Positions 32,301 to 40,387 of a stretch of DNA of 64,000 bases are shown here, piece after piece. The position numbers were made by a program, and so were the translations under genes. Each line of letters begins with the position of its first letter. Within the stretch, counting starts at the first letter, position 1. The notes under the pieces are model-generated. The model saw only the letters and a program-made list of their open reading frames with translations. It was not told the origin of the DNA and searched no databases. Origin of the DNA: an uncultured Candidatus Saccharibacteria bacterium (GTDB lineage Bacteria > Patescibacteriota > Saccharimonadia > JAGOAT01 > CAYZIP01); contig CAYZIP010000004.1 in the NCBI GenBank assembly GCA_964478695.1, positions 401-64,400 of the forward strand, read 5' to 3'.

Positions 32301-33074
32301 TCTTTTTTGATATCTTTTCTTCTTTTGGCCTTGAGCTTCTTCAACATTGGCCTTGATTTCTTCTATACATTTAGAAATATCAACTTTTTTTAGTAATTCT
32401 AAAATAGCCTCGGCTCCAATACTGGCCTTAAATAAATCACTATAATGTTCAGTCAAAAATCTATATTGAGATTCGGTCAACAAAGATCTATTGTTTAAAT
32501 TAGTTAGCTCTGTTCTTTTATTTTGATACAGAGCATGAATTTCTTCTACCATAGCAGTCTCTGGATTATCCCCAAGATCCTTGATAGCCTCATTATGATC
32601 TTGCTTGATGGCTTCTAGAGCTAGTTTTTTCTTATCTTGATCTAAACTAACCACGATAAAATTAGCAAAGTAATTCACTCTCTCCAAGTCTTTAACAGAC
32701 ATATCTAGGATTAAACTTACAGTAGAAGGAGTATTACGTAAGAACCATAAATGAGTCACTGGCACTGCCAAATCTATATGCCCCATACGTTCACGTCTTA
32801 AAACGCTACGACTTAACAAAACCCCACACTTATCACAAGTAACACCCTTGTATCTAATGCCTTTATATTTACCACAATAACATTGGAAGTCCTTGGTTGG
32901 TCCAAATATTTTCTCACAAAACAAACCATCTTTTTCTGGTCTTAAAGAGCGGTAATTAATAGTTTCTGGTTTCTTGACTTCCCCGTAAGACCATTTCTTA
33001 ATATCTTCAGGTGAAGCCAGACTAATCTTGAGGGAATTAATCTTGATGGACTGTGTATCTTGATGACTGTTCAT
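29310..33074 (-). CDS. rpoC: RNA polymerase beta' subunit
   Basis: KPETINYR, GRFRQNLLGKRVDYSGR, NADFDGD, GEPGTQLTMRT, LKENVIIG. Confidence 0.99.
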   Translation of the reverse strand: MNSHQDTQSIKINSLKISLASPEDIKKWSYGEVKKPETINYRSLRPEKDGLFCEKIFGPTKDFQCYCGKYKGIRYKGVTCDKCGVLLSRSVLRRERMGHIDLAVPVTHLWFLRNTPSTVSLILDMSVKDLERVNYFANFIVVSLDQDKKKLALEAIKQDHNEAIKDLGDNPETAMVEEIHALYQNKRTELTNLNNRSLLTESQYRFLTEHYSDLFKASIGAEAILELLKKVDISKCIEEIKANVEEAQGQKKKRYQKRLRLFEGLGLANIKPEWMIIHSLPVIPPDLRPMVQLDGGRFATSDLNDLYRRVINRNNRLKRLKELDAPEVICRNEKRMLQEAVDALIDNNARREKMNTAASARKRYNSLTDLLKGKKGRFRQNLLGKRVDYSGRSVIVVGPDLRIDQCGLPKTMAMELFRPFVVGKLISDGITHNVRSANRMIEVGYTEIWDALEEVIKGKYVLLNRAPTLHRLGIQAFKPILVEGKAIRLHPLICAAFNADFDGDTAAVHLPLSAASQWEAENILLSKHNLLKPASGDPIISPSNDIVIGIYFLTTVTKGSKGEGKYFANAEQAIIAHDLEEVALGSLIKILIDGEIVETTVGRIIFNQILPPEIGFVNRELGKAAQKEVLAQVHESSDSDTTARVADNIKDLGFHYASISGLSISMGDMDYTTSHRQYIGEAEKQVVALDDLFEQGLISSEEKHNRVVAYWQEAVKKVEKELKTLFQDTVNQNALSKFVGSGSKGNFNQINQISGMIGMITDSSGGVVELPIKSNYKTGLNSLEYFVSCHGARKGLVDTALRTAESGYMTRKLVDVAQDQVIKTQDCGDDQGYSINKADTIISGESKFMQWIEGRMAAQDLAGIVKKGDIISAKQAKAIEDQEESFNIRSILSCKLKEGICANCYGIDLARGAVVKVGEPVGIIAAQSIGEPGTQLTMRTIHSGGVFMEDITQGLPRVEEIFEVRNPKGEALLADINGTATIVEGDAGSTVRIETESSIIDSIVLQEGDKVKAKNGAEIKAGAVVISRGKEKIFASVDARVQVLSDRIDFLTAGFRAVEYTVAKNKKLLINDGQKVSIGDQLTEGSLNLQDLMRLKNKEAVQRYVIREIQAIYFSQGERINSKHIELIIRRMFSRIRVTDVGDSKLVTGEIVSIKTFQDAVEQADKDKKEKPTGELLLMPISRISVSSDSWLAAASFQETTKVLINSSLNGRVDYLRGLKENVIIGQLIPAGTGLHANPSGDDNSMNDTSGIDQ

Positions 33075-33075
33075 A

Positions 33076-36000
33076 TTAAATCTCCTCTTCTACATTAATT
33101 ATTGTTTCTTCAACCGTTACTACCTCTACTGGGCTTGGTAAACTTTCGTCATTTTGTTCTGACAAGCCCTGAGCTTCATCATCGCTAACAACCCCATCTA
33201 CTTCACCATCCATAGTGTCACCACTACCCATACTATCTATATCCATCTCTGTTGATTCGCTTACTAATACCGCTGAATCGACCTGAGCAGCATCAAAACT
33301 ATCCTCTACAGTTACTGTTAGACATAGTGCTTCTAGCTCTTTAATCAAAACCTTAAATGACTCTGGTACTCTAATTCCACTGATAGGTTCATTTTTAATC
33401 ATTGACTCAAAGGCCTTTGATCTACCAATCACATCATCAGATTTGGTAGTTAACATTTCTTGTAGTGTGTAAGCAGCTCCATAAGCCTCTAAAGCCCATA
33501 CTTCCATCTCTCCGAATCTTTGGCCTCCTAATAAAGATTTACCACCGATAGGCTGCTGAGTAACCATGGCATATGGACCTGTCGAACGGGTATGCATCTT
33601 ATCATCTACCATGTGACTTAGTTTTAGCATATACATTTGACCAACAAACACTTTATCATCAAAAGGCTTGCCGCTCTTACCGTCATATAGAGTAACTTTT
33701 CCAGATGAGTCCAGATTTGACTCTGCTGCTAATTCCTTAATAGTATCTAGACTAATACCATCAAAAACAGGTGTGGCTACCTTAATATTCATCTTGTGAG
33801 CTATTCCTCCCAGGTATGTCTCCATCACTTGTCCAATATTCATACGAGAAATAATACCCAAAGGATTTAAGATAATATCAACCGGATTACCTTCGCTGTC
33901 ATAAGGCATATCTTCCACTGGCAATATCCTAGAAACAACTCCTTTGTTACCATGCCTTCCAGCCATTTTATCTCCAATAGAAATTTTACGCCACTGAGCT
34001 ACAGAAATATGAATTTCTTGTAAAACTCCTGTACTAGTTTCTTTAGGCAAACCTTTGCCAGAAAACACTTTAACATCTATTACTTTACCTGATTCTCCAT
34101 TAGGTAATCTCAGTGAAGTGTCTCTGACTTCTCTAGCTTTTTCTCCGAATATGGCTCTAAGTAGTCTTTCTTCAGCTGATAGCTCAGACTCACCCTTAGG
34201 AGTAATTTTACCTACTAAAATACTTCCGGCCCTAACATCTGCTCCGATGCGAATGATACCATTCTCGTCTAAATCTTTTAAGGCATCTTCGCTAGCATTA
34301 GGAATATCTCTGGTTACCTGCTCGGCCCCAAGCTTAGTATCTCTAACATCTACTTTATGTGTTTCAATATGCAAAGAACTGAATTTCTCGGCACTAACTA
34401 CTCTTTCTGATAAAATGATGGAATCTTCAAATCCTAGTCCATTAAAGCTCATAAAGGCTACTGATACATTCTGCCCTAGGCTAAGTTCTCCTCCAATAGT
34501 ACTAAAACCGTCTACCAAAACATCACCTTTTTTGAATTTATCTCCACTGACAAAACGAGCATATTGCTGAATAGCTACACCTTGATTACTTCTAACAAAT
34601 TTTTGTAAATGATAAACTACTGATTTGCCTCCACTATATCCTACGGTCAAATGATTAGCATCAATAGATTTTACTACTCCATCATCTTCAGCCACAACAA
34701 CTACAGAAGAAGATTCTCCTACCAAACGCTCCATACCAGTCCCCACAATAGGGGATTCCGTGATCAATGGAGGGACAGCTTGTCTTTGCATATTAGAAGC
34801 CATAAGATTTCTTCGGCTGGCATTATGCTCAAAGAAAGGAACCAAAGATCCAGATACACCAACTATTTGACTTCCAGTAATATCCATATGAGTGACTTCA
34901 TCAGAATCTACTTCTTCGGCATGAGCTTTGGCTGTACGTACAGAAACTCTACTATCTATAATTTTTCCTTTACTGTCTAGATCCATAGTAGATTGAGCTA
35001 TGACTGCTTTTAGCTCATCATAAGCATCTAAATATTCTATTTCATCGGTGACTACCTTATTTTTAACCTTAAAATAAGGTGTTTCAATAAAACCAAAGTC
35101 ATTCACTCTGGCATAAACACAAAGATTAGACACTAGTCCAATATTGGGACCTTCTGGGGTTTCAACTGGACAAATCCTTCCATAATGTGATGGGTGTACA
35201 TCTCTTACTTCAAAGCCAGCTCTTTCTCTAGATAAACCTCCAGGACCCAGAGCAGTAATACGCCTTTTATTGGCAATCTCTGATAATGGATTAGTTTGAT
35301 CCATGAATTGTGACAACTGTGAAGAGTTAAAGAACTCACGTACGGCTGCCATAACAGGTCGGACATTAACTAAGTTCACCGGCATTACTTCTTCGGCAGA
35401 AGCCATAGTCATACGGTCTCTGGCTATTCTCTCCATACGCAGCATTCCAGAACGAAAAGCTTTGACTGTTAACTCACCCACTGTTCTCAGCCTTCTATTA
35501 TACAAAGCATCTATATCATCAGCCGGGACACTAGGATCAATGTATAGTCTAACTGTCTCATGAGCTACTTTTAATAAATCATCTAAGCTTAGAACTCTAC
35601 TGCTATTATTTTCTACATCAAATCTTTTAGCAAATTTATAACGACCTACTCTAGATAGATCATAACGACGGCCATCGAAAAACATTCCTTCTAGCATAGC
35701 CATAGCTCCATCAGCCGTTAGTTTGTCGCCTGGTCTAAGCTTAGTAAATACATCAGTTAAAGCCTGAGCCCTACTGGTAATATGATCTTTTTCTAAAGTT
35801 TTATTAATAACGGCCATCCCTGCGTCTCCTAGATCTTTGAACAAGGCTTTAATGGCAGTATTAGAATCAAGACCAAATGCTTTTAATAAAATCGTAGCTA
35901 AAATACGACGCTTTTTATCTATCTTGGCCGTCATTAAGCCATTACGATTAATTTCAAATTCTATCCAGGCTCCTCTACTGGGAACAATTTTAGAAGCAAC

Positions 36001-36468
36001 TTGTCCATCTATTTCTCTACTAAACAATACTCCTGGACAGCGATGCAGCTGCGGGGTTACCACTCTTTCTATACCATTCACTATGAATGTTCCATCTTTG
36101 GTAATGATTGGATAATCACCAAAGTAAAGCTCCTGAGTTCTCTCTTCTCCAGTAGATAATATTTTTAAAGTGGCTTCTAGCCTAATAGTAGCTTCATATG
36201 TAGCATTGGTAGCCTTAGCTTCTTCTGGGGTAATGCTTGGTTCATCAAAATAATAATCACCAAAACTAAGTTCATATAGTTTATTATTAAAGTCCGAAAT
36301 AGGGGAAGATGCTGCCAATAGTTCTCCCAAGCCCTCTCTTTTGAACCATTCAAAAGATTTATTTTGTATCTCTATTAAATTAAGTTTTGGTAATGATTTT
36401 TTATTTTTAATATTGTTAAAGTACATCCTTTTATGGACTAATTGGGCATTTGCTAAAGAGCTTGACAT
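33076..36468 (-). CDS. rpoB: RNA polymerase beta subunit with acidic C-terminal tail
   Basis: [47 protein letters not shown]. Confidence 0.99.
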   Translation of the reverse strand: [1130 protein letters not shown]

Positions 36469-36505
36469 TCTCTCTCCTGTTTAAAAGGTTATTTTTAGGG
36501 ACAAT

Positions 36506-36633
36506 AAAAAAATACCAGACTTTAAAGACATTTCTTTACCCTTAAAAGCAAGTAAAATAAAGAAAGATCTTTAAAATAGCCTGGTATTCCTTTGTTAAAA
36601 ACTATGATAACATGGTAGTTTATGAAGCGTCAA
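36506..36633 (-). promoter_or_regulatory. rpoB promoter plus ~30-bp leader hairpin with U-tract
   Basis: TTGACG-N18-(TG)TATCAT (36633-36604); hairpin 36588-36511 pairs best on the minus strand via G-U pairs; T7 tract. Confidence 0.6.
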
Positions 36634-37210
36634 TAACTTTATCAACTAATCCATACTTTTTAGCCTCACTGGCACTTAGCCATGTATCCTTATCTGTATC
36701 CTGAGTAATCTTATCTAGGCTCTGCCCACTATGATGGGCTAATATTTTATCTAATTTCTTACGAGCTAGTATGAGCTCTCTAGCCATAATCTCTACCTCA
36801 TTAGAAGTTCCCTTAAAGCCACCACTAGCTTGATGTATCATAATCCTAGCATTGGGTAAAATAAATCTTTTCCCAGGAGCTCCGGCTGCAGCCAAAACTG
36901 CCCCCATAGAGGCTGCCTTACCTATAACAATAGTACTAACTGGTGACTTGATAAAGTTCATGGTGTCATAAATAGCCAAGCCATCATCAACACTGCCTCC
37001 AGGAGAATTAATATACATCTTTATTTCTTGTCCGCTGGCAGCATTTTCGAGAAATAAGAGCTGTGCCACTATAGCATTAGCTATTTGAAAATCTACATCT
37101 GTTCCTAAAAATATTACCCTCTCTTTTAATAATCGAGAGTAAATATCATAAGCTCTCTCTCCATGAGGACCTTCTTCTACTACCATTGGAATCATATTAT
37201 TTATCTTCAT
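36620..37210 (-). CDS. clpP: ATP-dependent Clp protease proteolytic subunit
   Basis: [24 protein letters not shown] (Ser), IMIHQ (His), DKD (Asp). Confidence 0.98.
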   Translation of the reverse strand: MKINNMIPMVVEEGPHGERAYDIYSRLLKERVIFLGTDVDFQIANAIVAQLLFLENAASGQEIKMYINSPGGSVDDGLAIYDTMNFIKSPVSTIVIGKAASMGAVLAAAGAPGKRFILPNARIMIHQASGGFKGTSNEVEIMARELILARKKLDKILAHHSGQSLDKITQDTDKDTWLSASEAKKYGLVDKVIDAS

Positions 37211-37228
37211 TATAAACCCCTTAAACTT

Positions 37229-38026
37229 TTAAGATTTCTTAACTGATTTATTAACCAGCAATAAGTCTCTGACTTTACCAGAAAACATTTGCCAGATAAT
37301 AGATGCTCTAAAATTCTCATAATTACGCCTATCAAGACTCTTATTTTTTTTCTTATTAGGCTGATAGCCATAAAATAGGGACATGAGCTGATTATCATCT
37401 ACTTTGACCTCTAGCTCTTCGGCTAAAGTGGCAAAAATTAGATCTCTACGTATCTGCTCTTCAATATCTTTAATATCGTGGGAATGATTTTCAGAGCTAT
37501 CATGTTCTTGATGTTGCTTTAAGGTATCATCAATTAATTTTTGAGGTATTTTCACTATACTATCTTGACTGATTTGATCAAAGAAACTAGATATTTTCTC
37601 TGATATTATTTGATCACTATCATCTTTACCAATAGCCCATTTTTTATCTTGGGCCTTTTTCTTATAATCAGACAGTGTTACTTTTGGTTTTAATATAAAT
37701 GACATCTGTACATAAAAGCCATTATCTTTAGGATTAGCATTAAAATCGATCACTTCTGAGCGACCTATGTAATCTATATCTTGGCTTTCTTTATCCCGCA
37801 GAGCTTGGTCTGCTAGCTCTAACATAATATCAATAATCAACTGGCCTGGTTCTATTTGACTTTTTATTAATGCTAATGGGACTTTACCTTTTCTAAAGCC
37901 ACTAACACTACTTTTGGTAGCCATTTTTTTTAAAACCTTATTCTCGGCGGCTAAATGTTCTTCTATAGAAAAAATATATTTTACTTTTAGAACTCCATCT
38001 TCTACTTGCGACTTCTCTACTTGCAT
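37229..38026 (-). CDS. tig: Trigger factor, shortened (apparently lacking the PPIase domain)
   Basis: GFRKGKVP ribosome-binding signature; directly upstream of clpP; 265 aa. Confidence 0.85.
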   Translation of the reverse strand: MQVEKSQVEDGVLKVKYIFSIEEHLAAENKVLKKMATKSSVSGFRKGKVPLALIKSQIEPGQLIIDIMLELADQALRDKESQDIDYIGRSEVIDFNANPKDNGFYVQMSFILKPKVTLSDYKKKAQDKKWAIGKDDSDQIISEKISSFFDQISQDSIVKIPQKLIDDTLKQHQEHDSSENHSHDIKDIEEQIRRDLIFATLAEELEVKVDDNQLMSLFYGYQPNKKKNKSLDRRNYENFRASIIWQMFSGKVRDLLLVNKSVKKS

Positions 38027-38154
38027 AAATATTCCTTAAAGCTCCTTATACTAACAATAAATTTAGGAAGTGTAGGTATTTTACCACTTATTTATATTAT
38101 AAAGTATTAACTATTGAGTGGTCTAGTAAGTTCATTAATATTTAAATAGGGAAG

Positions 38155-38206
38155 ACCCCATCCCACAAAGAACCATTAAATAGTTCTTTGATGCAGGATG
38201 AGGTCC
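38155..38206 (-). terminator. Long hairpin downstream of the islet lipoprotein gene
   Basis: GACCUCAUCC/GGAUGGGGUC and CAAAGAAC/GUUCUUUG stems starting about 22 nt after the stop. Confidence 0.55.
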
Positions 38207-38228
38207 GTATTACTTACTTCTGCAACTC

Positions 38229-38660
38229 CTACTCTGACTTGTCTCCACCAGATGTCTGAGTATCGATGTCCGGAATAATAGTCTCCGGCCTAAAGATCAC
38301 TCGATAGTGGTACACATCCACATCTGCTGGACTGATTTGTTCCACAAAATAAGACACATTGTCAGACAAACCAAGAAAGTGTTTCTTGTAGGATTTCCTG
38401 CCATCTTTGCAGGTTACCTCGATCTGATCATCCATACTATCTGCTTGGATAGAACAAAGTCCCTGGATTTCCAGCAGATAGGTGTCGGTGATACCGTTGA
38501 AGAAGACAATTCTTCGATTAATTTCGAAGGAATCGGCAGCCTTCGAGAGATTCTCAGAGGCTACTTGAGCCTTGCTGTCACATGCTGCCCCCATCATCAG
38601 CATTGAGATGGCTATAATGGCCAACGGCATCATGGCTACTTTTTTAATTAACTTACCCAT
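38229..38660 (-). CDS. Putative lipoprotein resembling a phage-associated family (143 aa; start refined to the ATG at 38660)
   Basis: AAGGAG SD, basic N-terminus, hydrophobic stretch, GAA-C lipobox; mature motifs ASENLSKAAD-FEINRRIVFFNGITD and YKKHFLGLSDNVSYFVEQ recalled from phage proteins (not searched); ~44% GC. Confidence 0.8.
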   Translation of the reverse strand: MGKLIKKVAMMPLAIIAISMLMMGAACDSKAQVASENLSKAADSFEINRRIVFFNGITDTYLLEIQGLCSIQADSMDDQIEVTCKDGRKSYKKHFLGLSDNVSYFVEQISPADVDVYHYRVIFRPETIIPDIDTQTSGGDKSE

Positions 38661-38681
38661 AGTTAGTTCTCCTTTTGTGTG

Positions 38682-38734
38682 TTGAAATGGGATGATTAAA
38701 TATATTTTCATTATCTTTAATCATCCCATTTCAA
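38682..38734. repeat. Perfect 19-bp inverted repeat with 15-nt spacer
   Basis: TTGAAATGGGATGATTAAA (38682-38700) / TTTAATCATCCCATTTCAA (38716-38734). Confidence 0.95.
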
Positions 38735-38826
38735 AGAGAAATAAATAAACAGCCATATTAATGGCCTTGCAGGCTAGTCTTCCCAGTAGCTAATAGATCT
38801 ATGCTTGAACCAAGTATAGTACAGAT

Positions 38827-38855
38827 ACTATAATAAACTATTATAAAAAAGTCAA
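38827..38855 (-). promoter_or_regulatory. Putative promoter of the islet gene
   Basis: TTGACT-N17-TATAGT; -10 overlapped by palindrome TATAGTA-CAGA-TACTATA. Confidence 0.5.
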
Positions 38856-39006
38856 TATTTTTTAACCTAAATTTTCGCCATAATAGTTTATAGACTATGA
38901 CAGCCCAAAAACTTTAATATCCAGAAAATTTGGATTAATAAAATGGTTAACCGAGACAACTAAAGTTTTAGAGCGACTCTAGATCTATTGAAAAAAAAAT
39001 CAATTT

Positions 39007-39092
39007 TGGTGCGGATGAAAGGACTTGAACCTTCACGGGGTCACCCCCACTAGCTTCTAAGGCTAGCGTGTCTACCATTCCACCACATCCGC
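39007..39092 (-). tRNA. tRNA-Leu (anticodon TAG), CCA encoded
   Basis: GCGGATG/CATCCGC acceptor stem, CTAGC-CTTAGAA-GCTAG anticodon arm, long variable arm, GGTTCAAGTCC T arm, ACCA end. Confidence 0.97.
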
Positions 39093-39096
39093 ATTA

Positions 39097-39609
39097 CTAC
39101 TTTTTCACCAGATAAATTATCTTTGTCCCTCCAAACAACCTCTCCTTATAAACAGAAGCTTTGGGGCCAAAAGAATTTAGCTGTATTTTCGAGCTCATAG
39201 AAAGTACCATTACTCCTTTTGATTTTAGCAAATCCAAGGCATCTAAAGCTATATTCTGATCAAATAAAGCATATGGTGGGTCGAAAAATATAAGGTCATA
39301 TTCTTTATTATTAGATGTAATAAATGTTTCTACTTTAGTATTAAAAATATTCATTCTATCTCTGTAAGTATCATATTTATGCTTAATAAAATCAAGATTA
39401 GTCTTAGATATATCTACTAGGTCTACTGTGCTCGCACCTTGGCTTAAAGCTTCTATAGCAAGGCTACCAATGCCAGCATATAAATCCAATACACTCAGCC
39501 CTTTAATATCTCCTAAGGTATTAAAGATAGATAATAGAACTTTGTTTTGTATAGGTCTAACTCTCTTGGCATGATGAGACTTAAAGTCAATTTTAACCTT
39601 TCGGCTCAT
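39097..39609 (-). CDS. rsmD: RsmD-family 16S rRNA m2G966 methyltransferase (start refined)
   Basis: VRP, SIFNTL, VLDLYAGIGSLAIEALSQGA, DLIFFDPPY. Confidence 0.88.
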   Translation of the reverse strand: MSRKVKIDFKSHHAKRVRPIQNKVLLSIFNTLGDIKGLSVLDLYAGIGSLAIEALSQGASTVDLVDISKTNLDFIKHKYDTYRDRMNIFNTKVETFITSNNKEYDLIFFDPPYALFDQNIALDALDLLKSKGVMVLSMSSKIQLNSFGPKASVYKERLFGGTKIIYLVKK

Positions 39610-40327
39610 AAGCAATATCTCTGGCGGCTGCCCAGGCCGAAGCAATTAAGATTACTATAGATGGAACGGTTTTTCGCAGTATCATATGAGCTACCTCTAA
39701 AGACCATCCTTTGTCTAAAAACTTATTATATATATCCAGCTTGGCTATCTTCTTTGATTCTCTCACAAAGACAGCTTCTATGCCTTCCTTTTTGATTTCT
39801 TCTACCAACAGCATATGTTTAGTCTTATCTATTTTTCTTAACCACAGTACCCCTCCAGTAAGACTTTCAAAAATGACATGTTGCCTGGGGATGGACTTTA
39901 AAAACTCCCAAGCATTTAAAGCTGATATTCTTCGAATCTTAGGCATATATAAATCATCTATATGATGAGCTGGAGTCAGCCCATCAGTCAAAAAATGAGC
40001 CAGCCAAGCCATTTCAAAAGCGGCCTTATCATCATCTCTATTTCTAATAGCTGCTACTGTATTATCAAAATTAACCTTAACAAATCGTTTTAATTGTCCA
40101 ATCTCTTCTATTGGTTCCCATAAATGATTAGTATCGTGCTTGCCTTTAACCTTGAGTCCATCTGGCCCATTATAGCCCTCAAAAAATAAAATATCACTTA
40201 AGTCTGGTAATCCTTTTAATAAAGATTGCTGTTTTAAAACACTATAAGCAGCTTGATCCAGACGCTGATGTACTCCTACTTTTTTAAGCTTCCCCTTGGT
40301 CAGCACGGTTAAAAAACCAGAATTCAT
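39593..40327 (-). CDS. Hypothetical protein, zinc-dependent phospholipase C/P1 nuclease-like
   Basis: HQRLD, GPD, HLW, AHFLTDGLTPAHH, HVIFE pattern matches the tri-zinc PLC/P1 ligand spacing. Confidence 0.6.
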   Translation of the reverse strand: MNSGFLTVLTKGKLKKVGVHQRLDQAAYSVLKQQSLLKGLPDLSDILFFEGYNGPDGLKVKGKHDTNHLWEPIEEIGQLKRFVKVNFDNTVAAIRNRDDDKAAFEMAWLAHFLTDGLTPAHHIDDLYMPKIRRISALNAWEFLKSIPRQHVIFESLTGGVLWLRKIDKTKHMLLVEEIKKEGIEAVFVRESKKIAKLDIYNKFLDKGWSLEVAHMILRKTVPSIVILIASAWAAARDIAYEPKG

Positions 40328-40387
40328 ATAAACCTTTTAAATTATTAATAAACTTCTTTAATTATAGCAATTACAAAGCTTTGATGC

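Noticed and set aside
37210-37398. 62-aa alternative-frame ORF overlapping the tig 3' end and ending at the clpP start
   Set aside because: It lies almost wholly inside tig, has no motif and shows no evidence of a frameshift
38155-38734. Integron attC interpretation of the hairpins around the lipoprotein gene
   Set aside because: There are no RYYYAAC/GTTRRRY boundaries and no integron integrase in the window
38768-38792. GCTACTGGGAAGAC resembling part of a cobalamin riboswitch
   Set aside because: The other conserved riboswitch elements are absent and the cargo gene is unrelated
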